The notes: generated from the sequence alone by a model not told the origin. 32,000 nucleotides of DNA from Mycobacterium tuberculosis H37Rv (GCF_000195955.2 NC_000962.3:3000001-3032000); one strand, 5' to 3'. Numbered from the stretch's first letter, positions 10,028 to 20,511 are shown. Program-made: numbers and translations.

Positions 10028-10686
10028 AAGTAGCTGTCGCCGGAGCGGGTGCGGTGGGCCGCTCGGTCACCCGCGAACTCGTGGAAAACGGACACGACAT
10101 CACCCTGATCGAGCGCAACCCCGACCACCTCGACGCCGCCGCCATCCCGGAGGCGCATTGGCGGCTTGGCGATGCCTGCGAACTGAGCCTGCTGGAGTCG
10201 ATTCACCTCGAAGAGTTCGACGTGGTCGTCGCCGCCACCGGGGACGACAAGGTCAACGTGGTGCTCAGCCTGCTAGCCAAGACCGAATTCGCGGTGCCGC
10301 GGGTGGTGGCCCGGGTCAACGATCCCCGCAACGAGTGGCTGTTCAACGACGCCTGGGGGGTCGACGTCGCGGTGTCCACACCCCGCATGCTGGCGTCGCT
10401 GATCGAAGAGGCCGTCACGATCGGCGACTTGGTGCGGCTGATGGAGTTCCGCACGGGTCAGGCCAATCTGGTAGAGATCACCCTGCCCGACAACACGCCG
10501 TGGGGCGGCAAACCGGTGCGCAAACTTCAGCTGCCGCGGGATGCCGCGCTGGTGACAATCCTGCGCGGGCCACGAGTCATCGTGCCGGAGGCCGACGAGC
10601 CGCTGGAAGGCGGCGACGAGTTGCTCTTCGTCGCAGTCACCGAAGCCGAGGAGGAGCTGAGCAGGCTGCTGCTGCCGTCCATGTAA
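10024..10686 (+). CDS. ceoC: TrkA-like NAD-binding potassium uptake regulator (Rv2692)
   Basis: MKVAVAGAGAVGRSVTRELVENGHDITLIE; overlaps ceoB by 4 bp (ATGA). Confidence 0.94.
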   Translation: MKVAVAGAGAVGRSVTRELVENGHDITLIERNPDHLDAAAIPEAHWRLGDACELSLLESIHLEEFDVVVAATGDDKVNVVLSLLAKTEFAVPRVVARVNDPRNEWLFNDAWGVDVAVSTPRMLASLIEEAVTIGDLVRLMEFRTGQANLVEITLPDNTPWGGKPVRKLQLPRDAALVTILRGPRVIVPEADEPLEGGDELLFVAVTEAEEELSRLLLPSM

Positions 10687-10696
10687 CCGGCGGGCT

Positions 10697-11368
10697 CTAC
10701 TCGCGGCCGGCGTCGGCGTCGAATTCAGCTGCACCTCCGACGGCCGCGGCGTCGTGAGAGGCCAAGATGGCGCGCTGGGCTGCCTTGATTGCCGCGTAGG
10801 TGGCCAGCGCGGCGAGGGCGGTCAGCGGCCAACCCATCCCGATCCTGGCCACTCCCAGCCAACCCGTCTTATCGGCGTCGTAGAGGTGCCTTTGGACGAT
10901 GAACCGGGCAGCAAAAACCAGCGTCCAACCCAGGGTGGCGACGTCAAACGCAAAGACAGCGCGGGACACGTCGCGCCAGGCGCGATCGCGCCCGCTGAGC
11001 CAGCTCCACAAGTAGCCGACTATCGGCCGCCGGATCAGGATCGACAGTGTGAAGACCACCGCCCACAGCAACGACATCCAGATGCCCAGCAGGAAGTACC
11101 CCTTGGACTGTCCCACCAGGTACGCGATCAGCGCGCACACGGCTACCCCGCAGAATCCGGCAACCACCGGCCGCGCAGATTCCCGGCGCAAAAGCCGCCA
11201 CAGCAGGATCAACCCCGCCATGCTCAGGGCGAACCCAATCGCGGGCAGCAAGCCGGCGGCGCTGGAAGCAACCACAAAAGTCACCACCGGTAATGACGAA
11301 TAGACCAGGCCGCTCACTCCGCCGGCCTGCGCCAACAGGCGCTGGGCGCTAGTGCGGTTAGCGTTCAC
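10697..11368 (-). CDS. Conserved membrane protein, DUF3159-like (Rv2693c-like)
   Basis: 223-aa hydrophobic ORF downstream of an OB-fold gene. Confidence 0.85.
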   Translation of the reverse strand: MNANRTSAQRLLAQAGGVSGLVYSSLPVVTFVVASSAAGLLPAIGFALSMAGLILLWRLLRRESARPVVAGFCGVAVCALIAYLVGQSKGYFLLGIWMSLLWAVVFTLSILIRRPIVGYLWSWLSGRDRAWRDVSRAVFAFDVATLGWTLVFAARFIVQRHLYDADKTGWLGVARIGMGWPLTALAALATYAAIKAAQRAILASHDAAAVGGAAEFDADAGRE

Positions 11369-11398
11369 GAGACACCGGCAATTCCGACTGCCGGATAG

Positions 11399-11767
11399 TC
11401 ACCGCTGAATTTCGTAATGCGGGTTGTAGATAGCCTTCGTCCCATTTTCCAGCTTGCCCAGCCGGCCGCGCACCCGCAGGGTACGGCCCGTGTCGATGCC
11501 GGGTATCCGGCGTTGACCCAACCACACCAGCGTGACGGTGTCGCTGCCGTCGAACAATTCGGCGCGAACACCACCCGAGCAACCCTTGCCATTGGTTTCC
11601 ACGCTACGCAGGGTGCCAACCACCGTGACCTCCTGGCCGCGCTGGCAGTCGATCGCACGCTGTGCGCCGGCATTGAGCACCTCGTCGGATAACTCTTCGA
11701 CGTCGCGTTGCTCCAGGTCCTCCGTCAACCGACGGGTGAGCCTGCGCAGATAACCCTGGGCCCCCAT
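11399..11767 (-). CDS. OB-fold nucleic-acid-binding-like protein (Rv2694c-like)
   Basis: MGAQGYLRRLTRRLTEDLEQ...VTVVGTLRSVE...GSDTVTLVWLGQRRIPGIDTGRTLRVRGRLG; 122 aa; ORF open to 11872. Confidence 0.86.
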   Translation of the reverse strand: MGAQGYLRRLTRRLTEDLEQRDVEELSDEVLNAGAQRAIDCQRGQEVTVVGTLRSVETNGKGCSGGVRAELFDGSDTVTLVWLGQRRIPGIDTGRTLRVRGRLGKLENGTKAIYNPHYEIQR

Positions 11768-11915
11768 GGCCTCTCCTGACACGTCACCTACGTTATGGAA
11801 GTTTCGTGCAACTGCCGGCGTATTCCACCTATGCCAACGGCCACCGTAGACCTGTTGGTTCCCGGGCGCCACCGTTGGCCTTGGAGCACCCCAAAGTGGC
11901 GGGCACTATCAAGGG

Positions 11916-12623
11916 ATGGCTGTCGATTTGGATGGGGTCACAACCGTGTTGTTGCCGGGAACCGGATCGGACAACGACTACGTCCGGCGAGCATTTTCCG
12001 CCCCCCTGCGACGCGCCGGGGCGGTGCTGGTGACGCCCGTTCCGCATCCTGGTCGCTTGATCGACGGCTATCGCGCCGCCCTGGACGACGCCGCGCGCGA
12101 CGGGCCGGTTGTCGTCGGCGGCGTCTCGCTCGGAGCCGCAGTGGCGGCGGCGTGGGCGCTGGAACATCCCGATCGCGCGGTCGCCGTCCTGGCCGCCTTG
12201 CCGGCCTGGACCGGGGAACCTGAATTAGCACCTGCCGCGCAGGCAGCGCGGTATACGGCAGCGCGGCTGCGCTGCGACGGTCTGGCGGCGACGACCACAC
12301 GCATGCGTGCATCTAGCCCCGTCTGGTTGGCCGAGGAGCTGACCCGATCGTGGCGAGTTCAGTGGCCCGAGCTGCCCGATGCTATGGAGGAGGCGGCGGC
12401 CTATGTCGCCCCAAGCCGCGCCGAGCTGGCCCGGCTGGTCGCGCCGCTGGCCGTGGCCGCGGCGGTCGATGATCCGATCCACCCGCTGCAGGTCGCTGCC
12501 GACTGGGTGTCCGTAGCTCCGCATGCGGCGCTACGGACGGTGACGCTGGACGAGATCGGCGCGGACGCCGCCGCGCTGGGCTCTGCCTGCCTGGCCGCTC
12601 TCGCCGAGGTCTCGGGCGCTTGA
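11916..12623 (+). CDS. Conserved protein, possible alpha/beta-hydrolase-like (Rv2695-like)
   Basis: 235-aa ORF with GPVVVGGVSLGAAVAAAWAL (GxSxG-like nucleophile elbow). Confidence 0.85.
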   Translation: MAVDLDGVTTVLLPGTGSDNDYVRRAFSAPLRRAGAVLVTPVPHPGRLIDGYRAALDDAARDGPVVVGGVSLGAAVAAAWALEHPDRAVAVLAALPAWTGEPELAPAAQAARYTAARLRCDGLAATTTRMRASSPVWLAEELTRSWRVQWPELPDAMEEAAAYVAPSRAELARLVAPLAVAAAVDDPIHPLQVAADWVSVAPHAALRTVTLDEIGADAAALGSACLAALAEVSGA

Positions 12624-12669
12624 TCGCCTGTTTGTCCGACGGCGGAGTGCGCGTACCGTTTGGGTCGCC

Positions 12670-12724
12670 GAGCCTGTAATTTTGCAGGCCCCCACTCGCA
12701 CTTTGCCTGCAGAGTTACAGCCTC
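12670..12724. terminator. Large imperfect inverted repeat in convergent intergenic space; possible bidirectional terminator
   Basis: CTGTAATTTTGCAGGC (12674-12689) / GCCTGCAGAGTTACAG (12705-12720), 14/16 complementary with the two exceptions able to form G-U pairs in one strand; GAG/CTC outer extension. Confidence 0.5.
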
Positions 12725-12732
12725 AGCGAACA

Positions 12733-12832
12733 GCGCGCTCGTACTGTTGAGGTCGTCGAGCTAGTCCCGATCGCCCGACTCCTCCTCACGCCGCTACGCG
12801 GCGCGCTCGTACTGTTGGGGTCGTCGGGCTAG
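12733..12832. repeat. Pair of 32-nt direct repeats 68 bp apart
   Basis: gcgcgctcgtactgttgAggtcgtcgAgctag (12733-12764) versus gcgcgctcgtactgttgGggtcgtcgGgctag (12801-12832), 30/32 identical. Confidence 0.85.
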
Positions 12833-13608
12833 CCGCCCGTCGTGCTGCGCAACTGCTGCATCGCCGATCCTTGAGCGCCGCGGCGTGCAACCCCCGCGGC
12901 GGCTTGGCGTTGCGTGTCGGCCTGTGCCGCCGCAGCCTCCCTTAGTTGCGCCGCCATCGGCTCGGGCAGGTGCACCGGTAACGGCGTCCGTACCGGCAGC
13001 GGGGTATCGCCCCGGCGGACCACGGTGTCCGCCAACGCCTCACGGGCCTCCTCGGTCAGCGCATCGACTGTCTCTTGTGGGCCGTTGACGACGCATCGGA
13101 TCATCCAGCGGTAGCCGTCGACCCCGATGAAGCGCACCACACCGGCGGCGATGCCGATCACTTCGCGACCCCACGGGCCATCCTTGATCGAAACTTTGGC
13201 CGAGTCCTTGCGCAGCGAGTCGGCGAGTTCGCCGGCCACCTCACGCCAGAGCCCGCCGGTCTTAGGTGCCGCGTAGGCCGCAATGCTGTAGCGACCGTTG
13301 GGTGTGATGACCCACACCGCGCTGGGAACACCGCTCTCGGTCAGCTCGACCTGTACCTGACCCGCGGCCGGCATCGGAATCAGCACCGAGCCCAAGTCCA
13401 GCCGGGCCAGCACCGCCACCGAAGGGTCATCGAAGTCGTCGATGTCGAATGGGCCCTGAAGCTCCTCCTGGTCTTCGACGCCTGACGCGGCGGCAGCGCT
13501 GGCCACCACGGTGTCCTCCGGTCGGACGTGCTCGTCGGCCGGCTGGACGGGGGCGTGTCCGGCCTTGCGTTTGCCACCGTCTTTGCCTGTGCGTCTACCG
13601 AATGCCAT
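12829..13608 (-). CDS. Conserved protein, DUF3710-like (Rv2696c-like)
   Basis: 259-aa ORF, MAFGRRTGKDGGKRKAGHAPVQ... Confidence 0.86.
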   Translation of the reverse strand: MAFGRRTGKDGGKRKAGHAPVQPADEHVRPEDTVVASAAAASGVEDQEELQGPFDIDDFDDPSVAVLARLDLGSVLIPMPAAGQVQVELTESGVPSAVWVITPNGRYSIAAYAAPKTGGLWREVAGELADSLRKDSAKVSIKDGPWGREVIGIAAGVVRFIGVDGYRWMIRCVVNGPQETVDALTEEAREALADTVVRRGDTPLPVRTPLPVHLPEPMAAQLREAAAAQADTQRQAAAGVARRGAQGSAMQQLRSTTGG

Positions 13609-13664
13609 GGCGAGCGCCGCTCTCCCCCGTAAGCGGGTGGTACCCCCACCTCATCGCGCCCTCC

Positions 13665-13685
13665 TTTGCATCGTCGCCGGGGTCA
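13665..13685. repeat. Short MIRU-like remnant overlapping the dut stop codon
   Basis: ttgcatcgtcgccggggtca resembles the 53-bp unit junction (gcatcgtcgccggcgcgggtca) with an internal deletion. Confidence 0.55.
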
Positions 13686-14147
13686 CAAACTCGCATGTCC
13701 GCCGGAGGAACCGTGGCCACCGTCGCCGCGGGATGTCGAGGCCAGCCCGGCCTCGTCGAACGACGAGACCTCGACCAGCTCGACCAACTCAACCCGTTGC
13801 ACTAGCAACTGGGCGATTCGGTCACCGCGATGTACCACGATGGGCGCGGCTGGGTCCAAGTTGATCAGGGCCACCTTGATCTCCCCACGATAACCCGCGT
13901 CGATGGTGCCCGGACTGTTGACGATCGAAAGCCCCACCCGCGTGGCCAACCCGGAGCGCGGATGGACCAGCCCGACCATGCCGAACGGGACGGCGACCGC
14001 AACACCCGTCCGTACCAGGGCGCGGCGCCCAGGTGCCAGCTCGACGTCTTCGGCGCTGTAGAGATCAACGCCGGCGTCGCCGTCGTGAGCGCGGCTGGGC
14101 AGCGGGAGCCCGGGGTCGAGGCGGACGATCGCCAGAGTGGTCGACAC
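13683..14147 (-). CDS. dut: Deoxyuridine 5'-triphosphate nucleotidohydrolase (dUTPase, Rv2697c)
   Basis: 154 aa from GTG at 14145-14147; [64 protein letters not shown]. Confidence 0.97.
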
Positions 14148-14172
14148 GGGGCCACAGACTACCCTTGACCGC

Positions 14173-14658
14173 GTGTCTGGGACGCGCCTCGCGCCGCACA
14201 GCGTGCGATACCGCGAGCGATTGTGGGTGCCCTGGTGGTGGTGGCCATTGGCTTTCGCGCTAGCGGCGCTTATCGCGTTTGAAGTAAACCTGGGCGTTGC
14301 GGCCCTACCCGACTGGGTACCGTTCGCAACGCTTTTCACAGTCGCAGCCGGGACGCTGCTATGGCTCGGACGTGTCGAAATTCGGGTCACCGCCGGCTCA
14401 GCGGATGGAGCCGGAGTGAAGCTATGGGCCGGACCAGCGCATCTGCCGGTAGCCGTGATCGCCCGATCAGCCGAAATCCCGGCCACGGCTAAATCTGCGG
14501 CGCTGGGCCGACAACTCGATCCGGCAGCTTACGTCCTGCATCGGGCCTGGGTGGGGCCCATGGTTCTGGTTGTCCTCGACGACCCCAACGATCCCACGCC
14601 GTACTGGTTGGTGAGCTGCCGCCACCCGGAGCGGGTGTTGTCGGCGCTGCGCAGCTGA
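14173..14658 (+). CDS. Conserved membrane protein, DUF3093-like (Rv2698-like)
   Basis: 161-aa ORF with two N-terminal hydrophobic segments; GTG start. Confidence 0.84.
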   Translation: MSGTRLAPHSVRYRERLWVPWWWWPLAFALAALIAFEVNLGVAALPDWVPFATLFTVAAGTLLWLGRVEIRVTAGSADGAGVKLWAGPAHLPVAVIARSAEIPATAKSAALGRQLDPAAYVLHRAWVGPMVLVVLDDPNDPTPYWLVSCRHPERVLSALRS

Positions 14659-14662
14659 CCTA

Positions 14663-14965
14663 TCAGGCGGCGCAGTCGGTGCAGATCATCACGCCGTTCT
14701 TCTCGCTGGCCAACCTGCTGCGGTGTTGCACCAAAAAGCAACTCGAGCAGGTGAATTCGTCAGCTTGCTTGGGTACGACGCGCACCGACAGTTCTTCGCC
14801 GGACAGGTCGGCGCCAGGCAGTTCGAAGGACTCGGCGGATTCGGATTCGTCCACGTCGACCACGGCCGACGCCGCCTCGTTCCGTCGTGCTTTGAGCTCT
14901 TCAAGCGAGTCCTCCGAGACATCATCGGTCTCGGTACGCCGCGGAGCGTCATAGTCGGTAGGCAT
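14663..14965 (-). CDS. Conserved small protein, DUF4193-like (Rv2699c-like)
   Basis: 100 aa, acidic middle, FTCSSCFLVQHRSRLA...MICTDCAA paired cysteines. Confidence 0.88.
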   Translation of the reverse strand: MPTDYDAPRRTETDDVSEDSLEELKARRNEAASAVVDVDESESAESFELPGADLSGEELSVRVVPKQADEFTCSSCFLVQHRSRLASEKNGVMICTDCAA

Positions 14966-15064
14966 TCCTATCCCCTCACATGCCTCATAACTTCAAGCAA
15001 CGCTTTGTACCAGCGTCGAACGCGTCCACCAAACGATTCGTGCCCGTATCGTGGCCTATTCAAG

Positions 15065-15080
15065 TGTGATTTACATCACA
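15065..15080. promoter_or_regulatory. Candidate CRP (Rv3676)-type binding site
   Basis: TGTGATTTACATCACA, an exact match to TGTGAN6TCACA with 6-bp perfect arms. Confidence 0.75.
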
Positions 15081-15202
15081 TATTCATATTGCACCTTGTA
15101 CGCGGCCCTAAACGGTGCCTTTTTGGGTGCGAACTACACCCAATGGTCCGCCTCCTCACCGCGCCGTGCCGGCACGCGTCGTCAGCGGATTAAAGTGCAC
15201 GT

Positions 15203-15853
15203 GTGGTCGCACAAATCACCGAGGGTACCGCTTTCGACAAGCACGGACGGCCCTTTCGGCGACGCAACCCCCGACCCGCTATCGTCGTGGTGGCCTTCCT
15301 CGTGGTGGTGACTTGCGTGATGTGGACTCTTGCACTGACGCGGCCCCCAGATGTCCGCGAGGCCGCAGTCTGCAACCCGCCTCCGCAGCCGGCGGGGTCA
15401 GCACCGACCAACCTTGGTGAACAGGTGTCGCGGACGGACATGACCGATGTCGCACCCGCCAAACTGAGCGACACCAAAGTCCACGTCCTCAACGCCAGCG
15501 GCCGGGGCGGCCAAGCCGCCGATATCGCTGGCGCACTGCAAGATCTGGGCTTCGCCCAGCCGACCGCCGCCAACGACCCGATCTATGCCGGCACCCGGCT
15601 GGACTGCCAAGGCCAGATCCGCTTCGGTACGGCGGGGCAAGCCACCGCTGCCGCACTATGGCTGGTAGCGCCGTGCACCGAGCTGTATCACGACAGCCGC
15701 GCCGACGATTCCGTCGACCTTGCGCTCGGCACCGACTTCACCACGCTGGCACACAACGACGACATCGACGCCGTGCTTGCCAACCTGCGCCCCGGCGCCA
15801 CCGAGCCCTCAGATCCCGCGCTGCTGGCCAAGATCCACGCCAACAGCTGCTGA
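15203..15853 (+). CDS. cei: Conserved secreted/membrane protein with LytR-CpsA-Psr C-terminal-like domain (Rv2700, cei)
   Basis: 216 aa, GTG start; transmembrane IVVVAFLVVVTCVMWTLAL then VHVLNASGRGGQAADIAGALQDLGF. Confidence 0.9.
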   Translation: MVAQITEGTAFDKHGRPFRRRNPRPAIVVVAFLVVVTCVMWTLALTRPPDVREAAVCNPPPQPAGSAPTNLGEQVSRTDMTDVAPAKLSDTKVHVLNASGRGGQAADIAGALQDLGFAQPTAANDPIYAGTRLDCQGQIRFGTAGQATAAALWLVAPCTELYHDSRADDSVDLALGTDFTTLAHNDDIDAVLANLRPGATEPSDPALLAKIHANSC

Positions 15854-15862
15854 TCGGCCGGC

Positions 15863-16735
15863 TCAGTCCGGGATCGGCTCTAGGCCGTTGAATCGCTGTA
15901 GCGCCGCCAACAGCTCGTCGGCGATTCCGGGCGCGGCAGCCACCACCACCAACCCCGCGCCGCCCGCTCTCGGCGTTGACAACAACACGCGGGCCCCCGC
16001 CTCAGCGGCGATCAACGCACCTGCCGCACAGTCCCACACCTGCACCCCGTGCTCGTAGTAGGCGTCCAGCCGACCCGCCGCTACCATGCACAAGTCCAGC
16101 GCCGCAGAACCGATCCGACGCACGTCGCGGACCAACGGCACAACATGAGCCAGCAATTCTGCCTGCTTCTCGCGGCACCGAACCGAGTACCCGAAGCCGG
16201 TACCCAGCAACGCCATCGACAACTCGTCGACACCGGTGCACCGCAACACATGTCTCCCCCGCTCATCGGTGAGATGTGCGCCGAGGCCCGTCGCCGCCGA
16301 ATACACCGTGCGAGCGGCGACGTCGGCGACCGCGCCCGCCACCGTGATGCCGCCAACCTGTGCCCCAATCGACACCGCGTACGCCGGGATGCCGTAGACG
16401 AAATTCACCGTGCCGTCGATGGGGTCGAGCACCCAAGTGACCCGGTCGGAGGGTGTAGCCGTCACGTCGGCGGGACCACCACCTTCCTCCCCGAGAATCG
16501 GGTCACCGGGCCGAAGTTGAGCCAACCGATCACGCAAGAGCCGCTCCGTGTCGGTGTCGACCACGGTCACCGGATCGGTCGGGCTGCTCTTCGCGCGCAC
16601 CGCGCCGTCGCCGTCGCCCGCCCTGGAGATGCCGAAAACCTCGGCCCGACGACCGCGAACGAAGGCCGCCGCCTCGGCAGCAAGGTTTTCGGCCACAGAG
16701 CGCAGCCGCGCGGGTTCGTTGTCAGGTCGTGTCAC
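15863..16735 (-). CDS. suhB: Inositol-1-monophosphatase family protein (Rv2701c)
   Basis: 290 aa; GEEGG, WVLDPIDGTVNFVYGIP, and VWDCAAGALIAAEAG motifs. Confidence 0.95.
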   Translation of the reverse strand: MTRPDNEPARLRSVAENLAAEAAAFVRGRRAEVFGISRAGDGDGAVRAKSSPTDPVTVVDTDTERLLRDRLAQLRPGDPILGEEGGGPADVTATPSDRVTWVLDPIDGTVNFVYGIPAYAVSIGAQVGGITVAGAVADVAARTVYSAATGLGAHLTDERGRHVLRCTGVDELSMALLGTGFGYSVRCREKQAELLAHVVPLVRDVRRIGSAALDLCMVAAGRLDAYYEHGVQVWDCAAGALIAAEAGARVLLSTPRAGGAGLVVVAAAPGIADELLAALQRFNGLEPIPD

Positions 16736-16857
16736 CGGCCTATCGCATCACAGTCGCCACCCGCATGGTGGCGTGGACTCCAGCGGCCATAACGCCCTCG
16801 CAACTGCCGGGCCGCAGTTTAAGGTGAGGGTCATCCACGTCTCGCCGAGGAGATTCG

Positions 16858-17655
16858 ATGACCAGCACCGGCCCCGAGACGTCCGAAACACCGGGTGCCA
16901 CGACACAGCGTCATGGCTTCGGCATCGACGTCGGCGGCAGCGGCATCAAGGGCGGAATCGTCGACTTGGACACCGGCCAGCTGATCGGCGACCGGATCAA
17001 GCTGCTGACCCCGCAACCGGCCACTCCGTTGGCGGTCGCCAAAACCATCGCCGAGGTCGTCAACGGTTTCGGCTGGCGGGGTCCGCTGGGGGTGACCTAT
17101 CCCGGCGTCGTCACTCACGGCGTCGTCCGGACCGCGGCTAACGTGGACAAGTCCTGGATAGGGACCAACGCACGCGACACTATCGGCGCCGAGCTGGGCG
17201 GTCAGCAGGTCACCATCCTCAACGACGCTGATGCCGCCGGGCTGGCCGAGACACGCTACGGGGCCGGCAAGAACAACCCTGGCTTAGTGGTACTGCTCAC
17301 ATTCGGAACCGGGATCGGGTCCGCGGTCATCCACAACGGGACGTTGATACCCAACACCGAGTTCGGACATCTTGAGGTCGGCGGCAAGGAAGCGGAGGAA
17401 AGGGCCGCCTCCTCGGTAAAGGAAAAGAACGACTGGACCTATCCAAAGTGGGCCAAGCAGGTGATACGCGTGCTCATCGCCATCGAGAACGCGATCTGGC
17501 CTGACCTGTTCATCGCCGGCGGCGGCATCAGCCGCAAGGCCGACAAATGGGTGCCGCTACTGGAAAACCGCACACCAGTAGTGCCCGCGGCCCTGCAGAA
17601 CACCGCCGGAATTGTCGGTGCGGCCATGGCCTCTGTCGCAGATACGACGCACTGA
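16858..17655 (+). CDS. ppgK: Polyphosphate glucokinase (Rv2702)
   Basis: 265-aa ROK-like kinase; GIDVGGSGIKGGIVDLDTG, GTNARDTIGAELGG, LLTFGTGIGSAVIHNG. Confidence 0.96.
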   Translation: MTSTGPETSETPGATTQRHGFGIDVGGSGIKGGIVDLDTGQLIGDRIKLLTPQPATPLAVAKTIAEVVNGFGWRGPLGVTYPGVVTHGVVRTAANVDKSWIGTNARDTIGAELGGQQVTILNDADAAGLAETRYGAGKNNPGLVVLLTFGTGIGSAVIHNGTLIPNTEFGHLEVGGKEAEERAASSVKEKNDWTYPKWAKQVIRVLIAIENAIWPDLFIAGGGISRKADKWVPLLENRTPVVPAALQNTAGIVGAAMASVADTTH

Positions 17656-17834
17656 AACTTGCCCGCTCGGGCTGTACTCGTGCGCAGTAAAGTTACAATG
17701 GTCAGCGGCGGCCGCCCGACCGATAGCGCGCGAGTATTCACGCTGATATCAACGCCGACATTCGACATAGCAGACACTTTCGGTTACGCACGCCCAGACC
17801 CAACCGGAAGTGAGTAACGACCGAAGGGGTGTAT

Positions 17835-19421
<1,587 letters not shown>

Positions 19422-19457
19422 GAGCGCCCGCCGAGGCGACCAACGTAGCGGGCCCCC

Positions 19458-19886
19458 ATGTCAGCTAGCCGCACCATGGTCTCGTCCGGATCGGAGTTCG
19501 AATCAGCCGTCGGCTACTCGCGCGCGGTACGCATCGGGCCACTCGTGGTGGTGGCCGGAACGACCGGCAGCGGCGATGATATCGCCGCTCAGACGCGAGA
19601 CGCTCTGCGCCGCATCGAGATTGCGCTCGGACAGGCCGGCGCAACTCTGGCCGACGTGGTCCGTACCCGCATCTATGTGACCGATATTTCCCGCTGGCGC
19701 GAGGTCGGCGAAGTGCATGCACAGGCTTTCGGCAAGATCCGTCCGGTGACGAGCATGGTCGAGGTTACCGCGCTGATTGCGCCCGGCCTGCTGGTAGAGA
19801 TCGAGGCCGACGCCTACGTAGGGTCGGCGGTTGCAGACCGAAATTCGGGAGCCGGCCCGAAGGACCCGTCACCAGCCGGTGGGTAG
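19458..19886 (+). CDS. RidA/YjgF-family protein (Rv2704-like)
   Basis: 142 aa; RIEIALGQAGATLADVVRTRIYVTD and final VEVTALIAPGLLVEIEADA. Confidence 0.92.
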   Translation: MSASRTMVSSGSEFESAVGYSRAVRIGPLVVVAGTTGSGDDIAAQTRDALRRIEIALGQAGATLADVVRTRIYVTDISRWREVGEVHAQAFGKIRPVTSMVEVTALIAPGLLVEIEADAYVGSAVADRNSGAGPKDPSPAGG

Positions 19887-20203
19887 GCGGCGGCCCCAAT
19901 CACAGCGCGCACCGGCAGTGGGCCGTAGAGATGCGGGAAAAGCATCGACCGCGGATCAGTAGGCACGCCCGGCTCCCAACGCACGGGTGAGTCGAGCGCC
20001 GCCGGGTCGATGTACAGCAGCACCAGGTCAGCACGGCCACGGTAAAGGCGGTTGGCGGGCAGGTGAACCTGCTCGAGTGTCGACAGGTGGATATACCCCG
20101 TCTTGTCGGACTCGGGATAGATCCCACCGCGTTCTCGGGCATGCGACCACTCCTGCACCCCGCATAGGTGCACCAGCATGGCAGGATCGGGCGTCATTCT
20201 CAC
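19814..20203 (-). CDS. Conserved protein, DUF952-like (Rv2705c-like)
   Basis: 129 aa; MLVHLCGVQEWSHARERGGIYPES...GYIHLSTLEQVHLPANRLYRG. Confidence 0.88.
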   Translation of the reverse strand: MRMTPDPAMLVHLCGVQEWSHARERGGIYPESDKTGYIHLSTLEQVHLPANRLYRGRADLVLLYIDPAALDSPVRWEPGVPTDPRSMLFPHLYGPLPVRAVIGAAAYPPAGDGSFGPAPEFRSATADPT

Positions 20204-20322
20204 CACCCTGCCCGATTGGCGGGGGCGAAAGTCGTGAGAAATGACACACCCGACAGCGGCCGGGGAACACGGCGAGAACCCCGAACGTCTGAGAAGGTGA
20301 AGATACCCGAGAACGGAGAGCC

Positions 20323-20511
20323 ATGAACGCAACTCTGACCAGTCCTGAGCTGACTAGAGCAGACCGCTGCGACCGCTGTGGCGCTGCAGCTCGGGTGCGC
20401 GCCAAGCTGCCCTCCGGAGCCGAGCTTCTTTTCTGCCAGCATCACGCCAACGAGCACGAGGCGAAACTGACCGAGATGTCCGCCGTGCTGGAGGTCAGCG
20501 GGAGCGAATAG
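20323..20511 (+). CDS. Small zinc-ribbon-like protein (DUF7455-like)
   Basis: 62 aa MNATLTSPELTRADRCDRCGAAARVRAKLPSGAELLFCQHHANEHEAKLTEMSAVLEVSGSE; GGAG-type ribosome-binding site (ggagagccATG). Confidence 0.8.
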   Translation: MNATLTSPELTRADRCDRCGAAARVRAKLPSGAELLFCQHHANEHEAKLTEMSAVLEVSGSE

